A stretch of 63,978 bases of DNA, the filler included, from Trichomonas gallinae (Eukaryota): assembly GCA_008369845.1 (NCBI GenBank). It is 5 parts of 5 records of this genome, joined end to end, with 100 filler letters (N's around TTAATTAATTAA, not from the genome) between each part and the next. Parts side by side here need not be neighbours in the genome. Positions count along the whole stretch, not along the records: positions 1 to 14,323 come from MRSU01000439.1; positions 14,424 to 24,342 come from MRSU01000440.1; 3 more parts are not named here. One strand, given 5' to 3'. This document shows, one piece after another, positions 9,754 to 20,938 of the stretch. The notes under the pieces are model-generated. The model saw nothing but the letters and a program-made list of their open reading frames with translations, had not been told where the DNA came from and did not search any database. Within the stretch, counting starts at the first letter, position 1. Every line of letters begins with the position of its first letter. Position numbers and translations under genes: made by a program.

Positions 9754-12700
9754 ATGAGTGATGAAAAGAATATGGATCCTTCCAAAATGAAGGCTTTGCT
9801 AAAGCAAAAAACGACAAGGATCCGTGAACTAGAAAAGCTTCTCTCTCAGAGTGGAAACTTTTCTAATGATAATTCGGAAAAAATTCAGGATTTAGAACAA
9901 CAACTTGAAGATTCTAAGTCTTTAATCTCTGCTCTACAGGCTAGTATAGCACAAAAAACAGCAGAAATTACAAAACTTTCATCAAATTCGCTATCTGGTA
10001 AACAGAATCAGCAAAATGATTTGATTGCAAGTTTACAAAAGAAAATTGCCGAACAACAGCAAGAAATCGAAACTCTTAATAATGAATTATGGAATGACGA
10101 TGATAAAGAGGTTGAAATTGAAAATCTGAAATCTCAAATCCAGAAGTTAATGCAAAATCAACCGCAAATATCGCCATCATCTGAAAAAGATGAACTTGAC
10201 GCTTTACGAAGTCAATTGGCCGATATGACAAAGAAGATTAAGGAAGTTGACAATTTACAAAAAGTTCAAGAAGAACTACTTGCTGAAAATAATCAGCTCA
10301 ATGAAGAACTCGCAAATGATCAAGCAGAACTTGAAGAAAAAGATAATGAAATAAAAGAATTACAAAAATCTTTGGCTCAGCTAAAAAAGCAAGTTTCTGG
10401 ACAACAGGCAAACGTAGCAAGTGGAAATTCTGATAATTCATTGAAGATTAAGGATTTACAATTAAATCTAAATAATCAAATTAAATTAAACGAAAAATAT
10501 CAGAATGAGATCAAAGAACTCAAAGAAAAAATCACAAATATTGAAAATAAAGAAGATTCCGACGATATTTGGGGAAATGATGATAAGGATTCCAAGTTAG
10601 TTGAAGAAAATCAAAATCTCAAGGCACAAATAGAACAACTCAACAATAAATTAGCTATTCAACCAGATAATTTCCAAATTGAGTCAATGAAAAATGATAT
10701 CGAAATTCTCAAAAAAGAATTAATTGATCTTTCGAATACAAACCAATCTCAACAAAAGGATATTGCTAATCTTAACAAACAAATCAAGGAAAAAGAGAAT
10801 GATAACGAGACGTTGATGCAAGAACTCGAAAATGAAATACAAAAACTGAAATCAAACAATGATAACCAAAAGATTCTCAATGAACAAAAAGCCAAATACG
10901 AGTCAATGATTGCAGAGTTGAAATCAAAACTTAATGATGCAGAAAATACATCTTATGAAAAAGAAAATATTATTTCAACTCTTCAAAAACAAATTATTTC
11001 AATTCAGGAACAAAACAAATCAAATGAGAATTTATCCCAAATCACAGCCAAACTTAATCAAACTCAAGAAGAACTCAATAAACTCAAATCAGACAATGTC
11101 AAATATATATCTGACATAGAAAAGTTTACAAAGGAAAACGAAAATATCAAGAATGAAAACCAAAAATTAAAATTTGATATAGAAAATTTGTCAAAAATGC
11201 AATCATTATCAACTAATAATGATAATGAAGTAATATCACTCAAACAAAAATTATCTGATGCTGAAGCAAAAATCAAAAAATTGCAGAATGAAATTGAAAA
11301 GAGTTATCAAGATCTTTGGGGAGCTGATGATGATGACAATAACGAAGAAATCAAGCAACTCAAAACTGAAATAGAAAAGCTGCAAAAAGAAAAAGAAGAA
11401 ATAAATAACAAACAAATTTCATTGAATAATTCTTTGAAGAATGAAATCAATCAAAAATCTTCAGAAATTGCAAATCTCAAAGAAAAACTAACCAATGCTG
11501 AAAATAAAGTCATAAAACTACAAAAAGAAGCAGAACAAAAGAAAGCTAATGATTGGAATTCAGCATTTGATGATGAGGAAGAAATTGAAGCTCTAAAGAA
11601 GAAATTAGAAGAAAGTAATAATATCCATAAGAAAACAGTTTCTGATTTGCAAAACAAAATTAATCAACTGGAGACTTCATTTTCAGATTATGATGAACTT
11701 AAATCGCAAATATCATCATTGGAAATTGAAAAATCAAAATTACAAATAGAAAATTCCGATTTGAGAAAACAAATTGATGATTTGGAAGACAAACAATGGA
11801 AGAATGAAGAAGAAGAAAGCAAAGAAATTTTGGATTTGAAGAAGAAAGTCTCAACTTTAGAAGCACAAAACAATAGTTTGATGCAAGATAATGTTAACAT
11901 GCAAAAGATCATCAATGAATACGAAGAAAAAGGTTTTACTGATGATAAATTTAAATCTTATGAAGAAATGATTTCATCATTAAATTCACAAAATAATGAT
12001 CTTCGTCGCCAACTTGAAGAGCTTGAAATGAGCAGCACAATCGGAGACAGTGACATTGTTTCAGTGAATGAAGAGAAAGACAAAGAGATAGAAAATTTGG
12101 TTAAAACAATTTCGTCATTGAATGCTGTAAACGACAACTTGCAGAAGCAGCTCGAAGAATTAAAGAACAAATACAACATTTTAGAAGCACAAAAATCCGC
12201 TCTTCAAGAAGAGAACGAAAATCTTCTAAAAGAAGTTGAAACATTGGAAGAAAATACTTTCAATCAAAATGATTCAGAAAATGATGAGAAAGAGAAAGAA
12301 ATTGAAAAATTGAAACAAGAAAATGAATTATTGAATAAGCAAATTAATGAATTGGAAGACAGCGCATGGAATGAAGCAGATAATGATTCTAAAGACAAAG
12401 AAATTGAAAAACTTAAATCTGATATGGATAAATTAAAGAAACAGTTTGAGAAAGAAAATAACAAACTCAAACAAGAAAATGAATCACTCAAGCAACAAAT
12501 CTCTGAATTAGAAGATAGTGCATGGAATGATGCAGAAAATGATGATAAGGATAAAGAAATAGAAAATCTTACAGTTGATTTAGAAAAGATGAAGAAAGAA
12601 TATGAGATTGAAATCAAGAAGCTTAAACAAGAGAATGAATTGCTTAATAAACAGATTAACGAGTTAGAAGATAGTGCATGGAATGATGCTGAAAATGACA

Positions 12701-14169
12701 ATAAAGAAGAAGAAATTCATAAGATGCAAAAAGATATTGAAAAATTGAACAAAGAAAACGAATCATTAAAGAAGCAAATTAACGAATTAGAAGGTAGTGC
12801 ATGGAATGAGGCAGAGGATGGTTCAAAAGACAAAGAAATTGAAAACTTGAAAGTTAGTGTTGATAAACTTATACAAGAAAATGAATCATTGAAGAAGCAA
12901 ATTACAGAGTTAGAAGATAGTGCAAGGAACGATGCAGAAAATGATGATAAAGATAAAGAAATAGAAAATATTAAGACTGAAATGGATAGTTTGAAGAAAC
13001 AATATGAAAATCAATACAACAAACTCAAACAAGAGAACGAATCTTTAAAGAAGCAAATTTCTGAGTTAGAAGACAATGCATGGAATGATGCTGAAGATGA
13101 TTCTAAAGATAAAGAAATTGAAGATATGAAACAAAAGCTTATTGATCAAGAATCTGAAATAGAGAAACTTAAATCAGACAATAATCATTTACAGGCACAG
13201 ATGGAAGAGCATTCAAATGATGTCGCTGCACTTAATAAAGTTGCGGATAATTTTAAGAAAGAAAATGAATCATTGAAGAAGCATATATCAGAACTCAACG
13301 AAAGTTCATGGAATAATGAAGAGAAGGATAATGAAATTGAAAATCTCAAAGAAACAGTCTCAAATATGCAAAATGAAATTTCATCACTGAAGAAGAAGAA
13401 CAAATTATTAAATGATCAGATCGAAATCAATAGCATGGATAATGTTATATCTAAGAAAGACAATGAAATAAGTCAACTAAATGAATTGATATCTTCAATG
13501 AAAAAGGAAAACGAGACATCTATCATCGAACTAGAGCGAGTTTACAATACAAAGATATCATCACTTGTTCGTGAGAACGAAGAACTCAAACGTTCATCAT
13601 CATCTCAATCGGATTCAAATCTTTCAGAATTGTCAAAATCCCTTGAATCATACGAAATTCGAAATCGTGAGCTTGAAGACATGCTTACTCAGCTGTCAGA
13701 AAAGTCAGCCCACGAGATCGATTCGCTCAATGCTAAGTTCTTGAAGCTGATGAAAGCGGATGAAGAGAAGGATTATATAATTATTTCATTGAAGAAGGAA
13801 AACAGCGAACTCAACAAACATAACAAACAGCTTGAAGATGCTAAATCACTTCTTGAATCACAGCGTGAATATGACAGCATTATTCATTCAAAGTCATCCC
13901 CAGAGAAAACAAAGAAAGAAGTGATCAAAGATTCAAATAAGGTTGAAAACAATGAAAGTGATAAAAATAAGTTACACGACACAATGATGCGTATTGAATA
14001 CTTGAAGTCAGCAATTCACCAATTCTGCTTCCAAGATACAACTACACAGCGTAAGATGCTTGATGCTATTCTTCATGTCGCGGGCTGCACTAGCCAAGAG
14101 ATTGACGCTGCACATTATGCATGGGATGCAAACCACTCAATTCCATTCCTTTCTTATTTCAACTTATAA
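9754..14169 (+). CDS. Long coiled-coil protein with C-terminal GRIP-like domain (golgin-like)
   Basis: About 1400 aa of K/E/N/Q/L coiled coil with internal ELEDSAWN repeats. The C-terminus IEYLKSAIHQF...QRKMLDAILHVAGCTSQEI...W fits the GRIP pattern, including the conserved Tyr. Confidence 0.8.
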   Translation: MSDEKNMDPSKMKALLKQKTTRIRELEKLLSQSGNFSNDNSEKIQDLEQQLEDSKSLISALQASIAQKTAEITKLSSNSLSGKQNQQNDLIASLQKKIAEQQQEIETLNNELWNDDDKEVEIENLKSQIQKLMQNQPQISPSSEKDELDALRSQLADMTKKIKEVDNLQKVQEELLAENNQLNEELANDQAELEEKDNEIKELQKSLAQLKKQVSGQQANVASGNSDNSLKIKDLQLNLNNQIKLNEKYQNEIKELKEKITNIENKEDSDDIWGNDDKDSKLVEENQNLKAQIEQLNNKLAIQPDNFQIESMKNDIEILKKELIDLSNTNQSQQKDIANLNKQIKEKENDNETLMQELENEIQKLKSNNDNQKILNEQKAKYESMIAELKSKLNDAENTSYEKENIISTLQKQIISIQEQNKSNENLSQITAKLNQTQEELNKLKSDNVKYISDIEKFTKENENIKNENQKLKFDIENLSKMQSLSTNNDNEVISLKQKLSDAEAKIKKLQNEIEKSYQDLWGADDDDNNEEIKQLKTEIEKLQKEKEEINNKQISLNNSLKNEINQKSSEIANLKEKLTNAENKVIKLQKEAEQKKANDWNSAFDDEEEIEALKKKLEESNNIHKKTVSDLQNKINQLETSFSDYDELKSQISSLEIEKSKLQIENSDLRKQIDDLEDKQWKNEEEESKEILDLKKKVSTLEAQNNSLMQDNVNMQKIINEYEEKGFTDDKFKSYEEMISSLNSQNNDLRRQLEELEMSSTIGDSDIVSVNEEKDKEIENLVKTISSLNAVNDNLQKQLEELKNKYNILEAQKSALQEENENLLKEVETLEENTFNQNDSENDEKEKEIEKLKQENELLNKQINELEDSAWNEADNDSKDKEIEKLKSDMDKLKKQFEKENNKLKQENESLKQQISELEDSAWNDAENDDKDKEIENLTVDLEKMKKEYEIEIKKLKQENELLNKQINELEDSAWNDAENDNKEEEIHKMQKDIEKLNKENESLKKQINELEGSAWNEAEDGSKDKEIENLKVSVDKLIQENESLKKQITELEDSARNDAENDDKDKEIENIKTEMDSLKKQYENQYNKLKQENESLKKQISELEDNAWNDAEDDSKDKEIEDMKQKLIDQESEIEKLKSDNNHLQAQMEEHSNDVAALNKVADNFKKENESLKKHISELNESSWNNEEKDNEIENLKETVSNMQNEISSLKKKNKLLNDQIEINSMDNVISKKDNEISQLNELISSMKKENETSIIELERVYNTKISSLVRENEELKRSSSSQSDSNLSELSKSLESYEIRNRELEDMLTQLSEKSAHEIDSLNAKFLKLMKADEEKDYIIISLKKENSELNKHNKQLEDAKSLLESQREYDSIIHSKSSPEKTKKEVIKDSNKVENNESDKNKLHDTMMRIEYLKSAIHQFCFQDTTTQRKMLDAILHVAGCTSQEIDAAHYAWDANHSIPFLSYFNL

Positions 14170-14323
14170 GTTTTTTTTTATTATTTCCAATCATAATTTA
14201 TAAATTGTTATTTGTACTATTAAATATTATCTTAATATTTGAGTTTAAGGATGCCCTAACCCCCCTCATTTTTTGTTGCCCTCATAACTCTGAATTGGCT
14301 ATACTTACATGCTTTAAACTTAC

Positions 14324-14423
14324 NNNNNNNNNNNNNNNNNNNNNNNNNNNNNNNNNNNNNNNNNNNNTTAATTAATTAANNNNNNNNNNNNNNNNNNNNN
14401 NNNNNNNNNNNNNNNNNNNNNNN
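14324..14423. other. Artificial contig linker
   Basis: 44 N + TTAATTAATTAA (stops in all six frames) + 44 N. Confidence 0.98.
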
Positions 14424-14802
14424 GTTATTAATAAATACATTCCGTTATTTGATTTGCATATAAAACGCCCTCTTTCTTAGAAAAAATGAAAAAGTTTTTT
14501 TTTGTTCATAATTAGGTAAATATTCAATGGAAATTTTATATATTTAATATCTCAGACAACGTGTGTACAAATCTTGCGTCTTCGCGTCTATAAGCCCCTT
14601 ATGAGCCATATAACACATGGTGCAACTTTCAGCCAAAAATTAAGTGTAGATTTTATATATTGTACCTTTATTTATGATGTTGAATCCTTAGTCTAATTGC
14701 TTTGCAAAATATATCAATATAAAGTCCCTATGTAATTTTCTCAGACCTTTTTTAATTTGATAAAAAGGGGGTGGTTTATTTTAATAGGGGAATAGAATTG
14801 GA

Positions 14803-15711
14803 ATGTCAAACCTAGTTTGCGCACAGTGTGGAAAACAAATATCACCGAATGAAAGTTATTTGAAGTGCCAACAATGTCAATCCACGGTTTGTATTGCGTG
14901 CAATAAAGGAAAAAACGATCCTTCAAAAATTTTATGCAATAAATGCAGCTTAAATCAAGAAAATGCGAATATAATTAAAGAAAATCAGAAGATAAACATG
15001 TTATCTACGTGCTCGCATCTTGTTGACGTTAGAGTTATTCAAAGAGATTTAGTTTACGTTGTTGGATTGCCAATCCAATATGCTAATGAAGATACCCTAC
15101 TGAAATACGAGTTCTTTGGCCAATATGGACCAATCAAAAAGATTGTTGTCAATAATTCTCATGTTCATTCATCTGGAAACCAAACGCAGTCAGTTAGTGC
15201 ATACGTCACATTCCGTAATTTTGAAGATGCTCTCGAGTGCATATATTCTCTTGAGTCATTCGTGCTTGAAGGCAGTTCGATGAAAGCTTCATTTGGAACC
15301 ACTAAGTATTGCTCATCTTTTCTTAGAGGTCAGCAGTGTACTAACCCGGATTGCATGTATTTGCATCAATGCGGAGAGCCATCTGATAGTTTCAGCAAAG
15401 ATGAAATTACAGGTAGCTGCTGTAGATTTGTTGATATGACAAGGCCCACTAGACCAAAGGATTATTTAGATTATCCTCAACAAGATGCTCGTCCGACAAT
15501 TTTACCACCAAGAAGATTAGTCAAGAAAGATATAACGCCAAAGAAGCAAAAAAATCAAAACCAGCTTCCATTTGATCTGTTATTAGCTGATTCCATTGAA
15601 GAAGATGAAGAAATTTTATTCGATGCACCGAAAATATCATTGTCAATGCAATTGAACATGCAGAAGCATTCATTTAGATCTATATATAATAGTATATCAT
15701 CTCAATATTAA
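14803..15711 (+). CDS. NOT4: CCR4-NOT subunit 4-like (Cys-rich RING-like + RRM + CCCH)
   Basis: Eight-Cys N-terminal finger, VRVIQRDLVYVVGL...FFGQYGPIKKIVVN...SAYVTF, ASFGTTKYCSSFLRGQQCTNPDCMYLH. Confidence 0.92.
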   Translation: MSNLVCAQCGKQISPNESYLKCQQCQSTVCIACNKGKNDPSKILCNKCSLNQENANIIKENQKINMLSTCSHLVDVRVIQRDLVYVVGLPIQYANEDTLLKYEFFGQYGPIKKIVVNNSHVHSSGNQTQSVSAYVTFRNFEDALECIYSLESFVLEGSSMKASFGTTKYCSSFLRGQQCTNPDCMYLHQCGEPSDSFSKDEITGSCCRFVDMTRPTRPKDYLDYPQQDARPTILPPRRLVKKDITPKKQKNQNQLPFDLLLADSIEEDEEILFDAPKISLSMQLNMQKHSFRSIYNSISSQY

Positions 15712-17126
15712 TTTTGTTTGTAATAAATATATATGTCAAAAAATATAATTTAATATTTGCAATTCTCACTTACAGCACAACAAAAATTTGTATTTCGAAT
15801 TCTAAAGAGTAATATTAAAATAATATAAGATGTAGGAAAACATCGAAATATCTGAAATTTATGTCTTACAATTTAAACATTTATCGCAATAAGTCATAAA
15901 CATAATCGAACCCAATATTGAGGAATACTTTAAAAGCTTGAGAAACAAATCGATAATGAAATGTATATCTTACTAGTACCAGTATAATCAATTTCGGATG
16001 TTTCTGTATGTCTTTTTAAATGTGGACTTTGGATTTATAAAATCGTTTCCCAAATTTAAGAATTTGTGAATAATTTCAATTATATCAATATTAGAAGTTA
16101 TATTAAAACGAGTTTTCACATTCATTATTGCGCAAAATGTATTCTTTGAACGCAATTTATGAAATTGAATGGTCGAATGTACTTTGATAGTGGAACCAAT
16201 CATCTTCATCGTTCTTTATATCACCAATACCATTTTTGGTCGCATTAGACCCAAAATAAGTGATCCTTACTCTGGCAAAGACGAAAAAATTTTATTTCCA
16301 GATTACAAATCGTTCATATTAATGTTTCCCTGGTGTTTTATATGACTAGGAAGAATTCATTCAAAAGTGCATTGAACAAGGATAAATTTGACTCAGAAAA
16401 TAATAACCGAATTTCGCTTAATTTTAATCTAATTGTTTAGTTAAATGATTTGATTAAGGAAATTTTATAAAAACCGCTAAATTCAAAAATAAAAATAGCG
16501 AAATAATGCTGATAATGGTTTAATAAGTAAGAATAATTGGATCATTTTACGAGATAAATTAAAATCTAAAGTCATCAAATTCATGAAAATAGCTTTTGTT
16601 AACTGTATTTTACATGAAATTTACATTTAATTCGATTTTAATGAATAAATTATCATAATATTAGGAAAATAGACCATTGAACATTATTCCATTAATATCA
16701 GTTTTCTGAATATATCTGAATTTGAAAGGAGTTCAACTATAATTTTATATTACTGGTGTTAATTGTTTATATGGGTTTTAGATTTGTGAAGATCCAGAAT
16801 TTTGAATTGCGTCAAAAAGATTATAGATTTTATTTCTTTCGAATAAAGATACGAATAATATTTGTGACATCAAAATTTTAATTGTCTGAAATTTTCGGCC
16901 ATCGTTTTCATTGTTTTTTTTGGGTCACACGAAAAATCTTGATTAATGAGATATGCTCTAATACTAATAATCTGCCTAAGAAGTTTTTTATGATAAATTT
17001 CTCAAATTTTCTATTTCTCCATTCACTTTTTTCGCCATATTCATATAAACTGCCAAGAAAGGATAGAAAATAAAGATGAAATGAAAGTTAGCGTACTCTC
17101 AATTTTGAAAGACTCTCTGAATCATA

Positions 17127-17132
17127 TCACTT
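17127..17132 (+). promoter_or_regulatory. Initiator (Inr) TCACTT of PFOR
   Basis: TCACTT begins 13 nt before the ATG, matching the trichomonad Inr consensus TCAY. Confidence 0.75.
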
Positions 17133-17139
17133 CTATAAT

Positions 17140-20100
17140 ATGCTAAAGTTTGGAGAGGTATTTTCCCGCCAGAAGCATGTTGTCCCAGTCGATGGCAACG
17201 CGGCCGCTGCATATGTCGGCTACGCCTTTACTGAGACGGCTTTCGGCTATCCAATCACCCCATCAACAACTGCTTTCGAAATGATCGAACAATGGGCAAA
17301 CAAAGATCGCAAGAAGAACATTTACGGACAAGTTCCAACATGCATCCAATTGGAGCATGAAGGTGGTGTCGCTGGTTCACTCCACGGTGGCTCCGTCGCT
17401 GGTGCTGTCGCATCCACATTTACATCTTCTCAGGGTTTGCTCCTTATGTTACCAAATATCATTAAGATGAGATTCGCCCAGGTTCCAACAGTCATCCACG
17501 TTGCATCTCGCGCTCTTATTTCCTCAATCGGTACAATCGAGTGCGATCACTCCGATATTATGGCTGCTAGAGTCTGCGGTGCTAACATGCTCTCATCAGC
17601 ATCCAACCAAGACTGCCATGATCTTGCTGCTGTCGCTCACATTTCTGCCATGAAGTCAATGATTCCATTCCTTCACTTCTATGATGGCTTCAGAACATCC
17701 CACCAGATCACAAACGTCGAACTCCTTGAGTACGACGAACTCAAGCCACTCATCCCACAGAAGCAACTCGATGAATTCCGCGAGCGCGCGTTCAACCCGA
17801 ACCACCCATCCCTTCGTATGCTCGCCATCGACTCTTCCTTCCACTTCCAGGCAGACACAGCTGCTTCATCCCGTTATGTCAAGGTTCCAGAAATCGTTCA
17901 GGAGTCCATGGATGAAGTCTCCAAGATCACAGGCCGCCCACTCCATCTCTTCGACTACTATGGCCACCCACAGGCAGAGTCAGTCATCGTCGTTATGGGC
18001 TCCACAGCTCAAAACATCCAGGAAGCTGTCGATTACTGCAATGCTAAGGGCGAAAAGTATGGTGTCGTCACAGTCCGTCTCTTCCGCCCATTCTCACCAG
18101 AGCACCTCATCAAGGCCATTCCAAAGACAGCTAAGGTCATCACAGTCTTAGATCGTGTCAATGAGCCAGGCGCCTTCTCACAGCCACTCCACCTCGATGT
18201 CTGCACAGGCTTCAACGTCCTCGGCGACAGACGCCCAGTCCTCGGCGGCATGTTCGGTATTGGTGGCCGCGAACTTACACCATCACAGGCCGCTGAAGTC
18301 TTCAGAAACTCCCTTTCTGCCAAGCCACGCAATCTCTTCCGTATTGGCATTGTCGATGACCTCATGCACACAAGCCTTTCAGTTCCAGATGAGATCGATA
18401 TGGTTCCAGAGGGCACAAAGCAGTGCATTTTCTGGGGTCTTGGCTCAGATGGTACAGTCGGCTCCAACAAGGAATCCATCAAGATCATCTGCAAGGAGAC
18501 ACCACTCTACGGTCAGGGCTTCTTCACATATGATGCCAAGAAGTCTGGTGGTCTTACACGCTCCCACCTTCGCTTCGGCAAGCAGCCAATCCGCGCTAAC
18601 TACGCTATTAAGCAGGCTGACTACATTGGTGTCCACTGCATCAACTTCCCACGCGTTTATCCAGTCGCTAAGGAGTTGAAGAACGGCGGCATCTTCGTTT
18701 TCAACTGCCCAGCTCACAACGCTAAGGAGCTCGAGCACTACATTCCAAAGGCTACACTCCGCCAGCTCTACGACAAGAAAGCTAAGATCTACTGTATTGA
18801 TGCCACAAAGATCTCCATCGATTGCGGCATCCCAGGACGTATCAACCTCATCATGCAGACAGCCTTCTTCTACCTTTCTGGCGTTCTTGAGACAAACCAC
18901 GCCATCAAGGTTTCCAAGGCTTCCGTCGAAGAGCAGTACGGCCACTCTGGCGAGAGAGTTGTCAAGGCTAACATCAAGGCCATCGACTCCTCCATCGACA
19001 ACCTCATCAAGATCGAGGCTGCTCCAGAGTGGGCTTCCTTCGACCCAACACCAATCTCAAGGTTCGCTAACGCTGATGCTCCAGACCTCATGAAGAAGGC
19101 CATCTTCCCAATCTTCGAGCTTAAGGGCAACGAGATGAAGCCATCCGACCTCCTCCCAATCACAGCTCGCATCCCACGCGACGGCCTTGGTTCATCCAAG
19201 TACGAGAAGCGTGGCATCGCCACAAACATCCCAGTGTGGGACGCTGACAAGTGCATCCAGTGCAACACTTGCGCTTACTCCTGCGCTCACGCTGTCATCC
19301 GCCCACAGCTCATGAAGGCTGGCACAGGTCCAAAGGGCGTCAAGGTCCTCAAGGCCAAGAAGTTCAAGGGCTACGACTTCGCTATCACAGTTTCAGCCCA
19401 CGACTGCCTTTCCTGCGAGGTTTGCATCCAGAAGTGCCCAACAAAGGCTCTCTCATTCCCACTCGCTACAGAGGAAGTCGTCAAGAAGGCCTCCGATCTC
19501 TTCGACAAGTTCAAGACACTTCCAGACATCGACGCTCTCCGCGAAGCAGACCCAGAACTCAACGAGTCCCTCGAGAAGAAGAAGTGGACAGCAGATGGCT
19601 CCCAGTACTACAAGCCACTCCTCGAATTCTCTGGTGCTTGCGCTGGCTGCCACGAAACACTCTACGCCAAGATGCTCACACAGCTCTTTGGCCCACGCCT
19701 CATGATCGCCAACGCTACAGGCTGCTCTATCGTCTGGTCTGGCTCATTCCCATCCCAGCCATGGACATACAACTCCCGCGGCCAGGGTCCAACATGGGGC
19801 AACTCCCTCTTCGAAGACAATGCTGAATTCGGTCTCGGTATTGCTGCTGCTGTCGCTCACCGCCGCCTTGAGCTCAAGAACATGGTCGAGGCATTCCTCA
19901 AGCAGGGCAAGCAGGCTGATCCAGCAATCATCAAGCTCTTCAACGAGTGGCTCGCCAACTTCAGCAACGGTGAGAAGTCTCTTCCACTCTCCAACACAAT
20001 CCAAGATATGTTCAAGAATGTCCAGACAGAAGACCCACTCTACAAGGAGATCCTCAAGCGCTACGACCTCTTCGTCAAGCCATCCGTCTGGATTGTCGGT

Positions 20101-20709
20101 GGTGATGGCTGGGCCAACGATATCGGCTTCGCTGGTCTCGACCACGTCGTCGCTACTGGTGCTGATGTCAACTGCCTCGTCTACGATAACGAGTCATACG
20201 CTAACACAGGTTTCCAGACATCCAAGGCTACACCACGTGGCTCAGTCATGAAGTTCGCCGCTACAGGCAAGGACAAGCCAAAGAAGGATCTTGCTGGCAT
20301 GTTCCTTCAGTACCCAGACGTCTACGTCGCTTCTTGCGTCATCGGCGCCAACGCCGGCCAGGTCGTTAAGGCTATGAAGGAGGCTGATGAGCACAAGGGC
20401 ACATCATTCATCGACTGCTACTGCCCATGCATCGGCCACGGTGTCCGTCCATCAATGAAGAACGGCCACATCCAGGCTAAGCTTGCTGTTGACTCCGGCT
20501 ACTGGCCAATCTTCCGCCGCCAGCCGGGCAAGAAGCTTACACTCGACAACCCATCAATGAAGAAGGAGAAGCTTGCTGATTTCCTCAAGCACGAGTCTCG
20601 TTATGAGTCACTCAGAAAGATGGATCCAAAGAGACAGGCATGGCTTCAGGAGCTCCTGGCGAAGGATATTGACCAGCGCTGGCAGAGACTCCAGGATTTA
20701 ACTAAGTAA
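17140..20709 (+). CDS. PFOR: Pyruvate:ferredoxin oxidoreductase family enzyme, likely hydrogenosomal
   Basis: DGNxAAA, YPITP, FYDGFRTSH, GLGSDGTVG, two 4Fe-4S motifs (CIQCNTCAYSC, CLSCEVCIQKCP), CAGC, TPP motif GGDGW...YANTG. Short ML...R presequence-like start and strong codon bias. Confidence 0.97.
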   Translation: MLKFGEVFSRQKHVVPVDGNAAAAYVGYAFTETAFGYPITPSTTAFEMIEQWANKDRKKNIYGQVPTCIQLEHEGGVAGSLHGGSVAGAVASTFTSSQGLLLMLPNIIKMRFAQVPTVIHVASRALISSIGTIECDHSDIMAARVCGANMLSSASNQDCHDLAAVAHISAMKSMIPFLHFYDGFRTSHQITNVELLEYDELKPLIPQKQLDEFRERAFNPNHPSLRMLAIDSSFHFQADTAASSRYVKVPEIVQESMDEVSKITGRPLHLFDYYGHPQAESVIVVMGSTAQNIQEAVDYCNAKGEKYGVVTVRLFRPFSPEHLIKAIPKTAKVITVLDRVNEPGAFSQPLHLDVCTGFNVLGDRRPVLGGMFGIGGRELTPSQAAEVFRNSLSAKPRNLFRIGIVDDLMHTSLSVPDEIDMVPEGTKQCIFWGLGSDGTVGSNKESIKIICKETPLYGQGFFTYDAKKSGGLTRSHLRFGKQPIRANYAIKQADYIGVHCINFPRVYPVAKELKNGGIFVFNCPAHNAKELEHYIPKATLRQLYDKKAKIYCIDATKISIDCGIPGRINLIMQTAFFYLSGVLETNHAIKVSKASVEEQYGHSGERVVKANIKAIDSSIDNLIKIEAAPEWASFDPTPISRFANADAPDLMKKAIFPIFELKGNEMKPSDLLPITARIPRDGLGSSKYEKRGIATNIPVWDADKCIQCNTCAYSCAHAVIRPQLMKAGTGPKGVKVLKAKKFKGYDFAITVSAHDCLSCEVCIQKCPTKALSFPLATEEVVKKASDLFDKFKTLPDIDALREADPELNESLEKKKWTADGSQYYKPLLEFSGACAGCHETLYAKMLTQLFGPRLMIANATGCSIVWSGSFPSQPWTYNSRGQGPTWGNSLFEDNAEFGLGIAAAVAHRRLELKNMVEAFLKQGKQADPAIIKLFNEWLANFSNGEKSLPLSNTIQDMFKNVQTEDPLYKEILKRYDLFVKPSVWIVGGDGWANDIGFAGLDHVVATGADVNCLVYDNESYANTGFQTSKATPRGSVMKFAATGKDKPKKDLAGMFLQYPDVYVASCVIGANAGQVVKAMKEADEHKGTSFIDCYCPCIGHGVRPSMKNGHIQAKLAVDSGYWPIFRRQPGKKLTLDNPSMKKEKLADFLKHESRYESLRKMDPKRQAWLQELLAKDIDQRWQRLQDLTK

Positions 20710-20938
20710 GTTAAAAGAATTTTAAGTTATTTTTCTAAACAATGCGATTCTTTTGATATTCTCATAGAAAAGTTTGTCTAAGCATTTTTTAAAAAAAAGT
20801 TGACAAACAAAAATTTGAGGGTCTAACAAGTTGGAAGTCCTATACATATGCATGGCATGGACCCATATTTATGTGTGTTAATGGCGTTGGACAACAAGTA
20901 AAATCCAATAAAAATAAAAGATTGCAGAAAACCTTTAA

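Noticed and set aside
9754..14169. Viral A-type inclusion or phage origin for the coiled-coil gene
   Set aside because: That label reflects generic coiled-coil composition. The GRIP-like end points to a host golgin, and there are no Maverick or viral core genes nearby.
15998..16345. Coding-like hydrophobic stretch with several stops
   Set aside because: It may be a decayed gene, but no family is recognisable, so it is not supportable.
17656..20251. Many long overlapping and antisense ORFs inside PFOR (also inside the saposin and MdaB-like genes)
   Set aside because: These are by-products of strong codon bias that removes stops in other frames. The translations are S/R/T-rich with no motifs.
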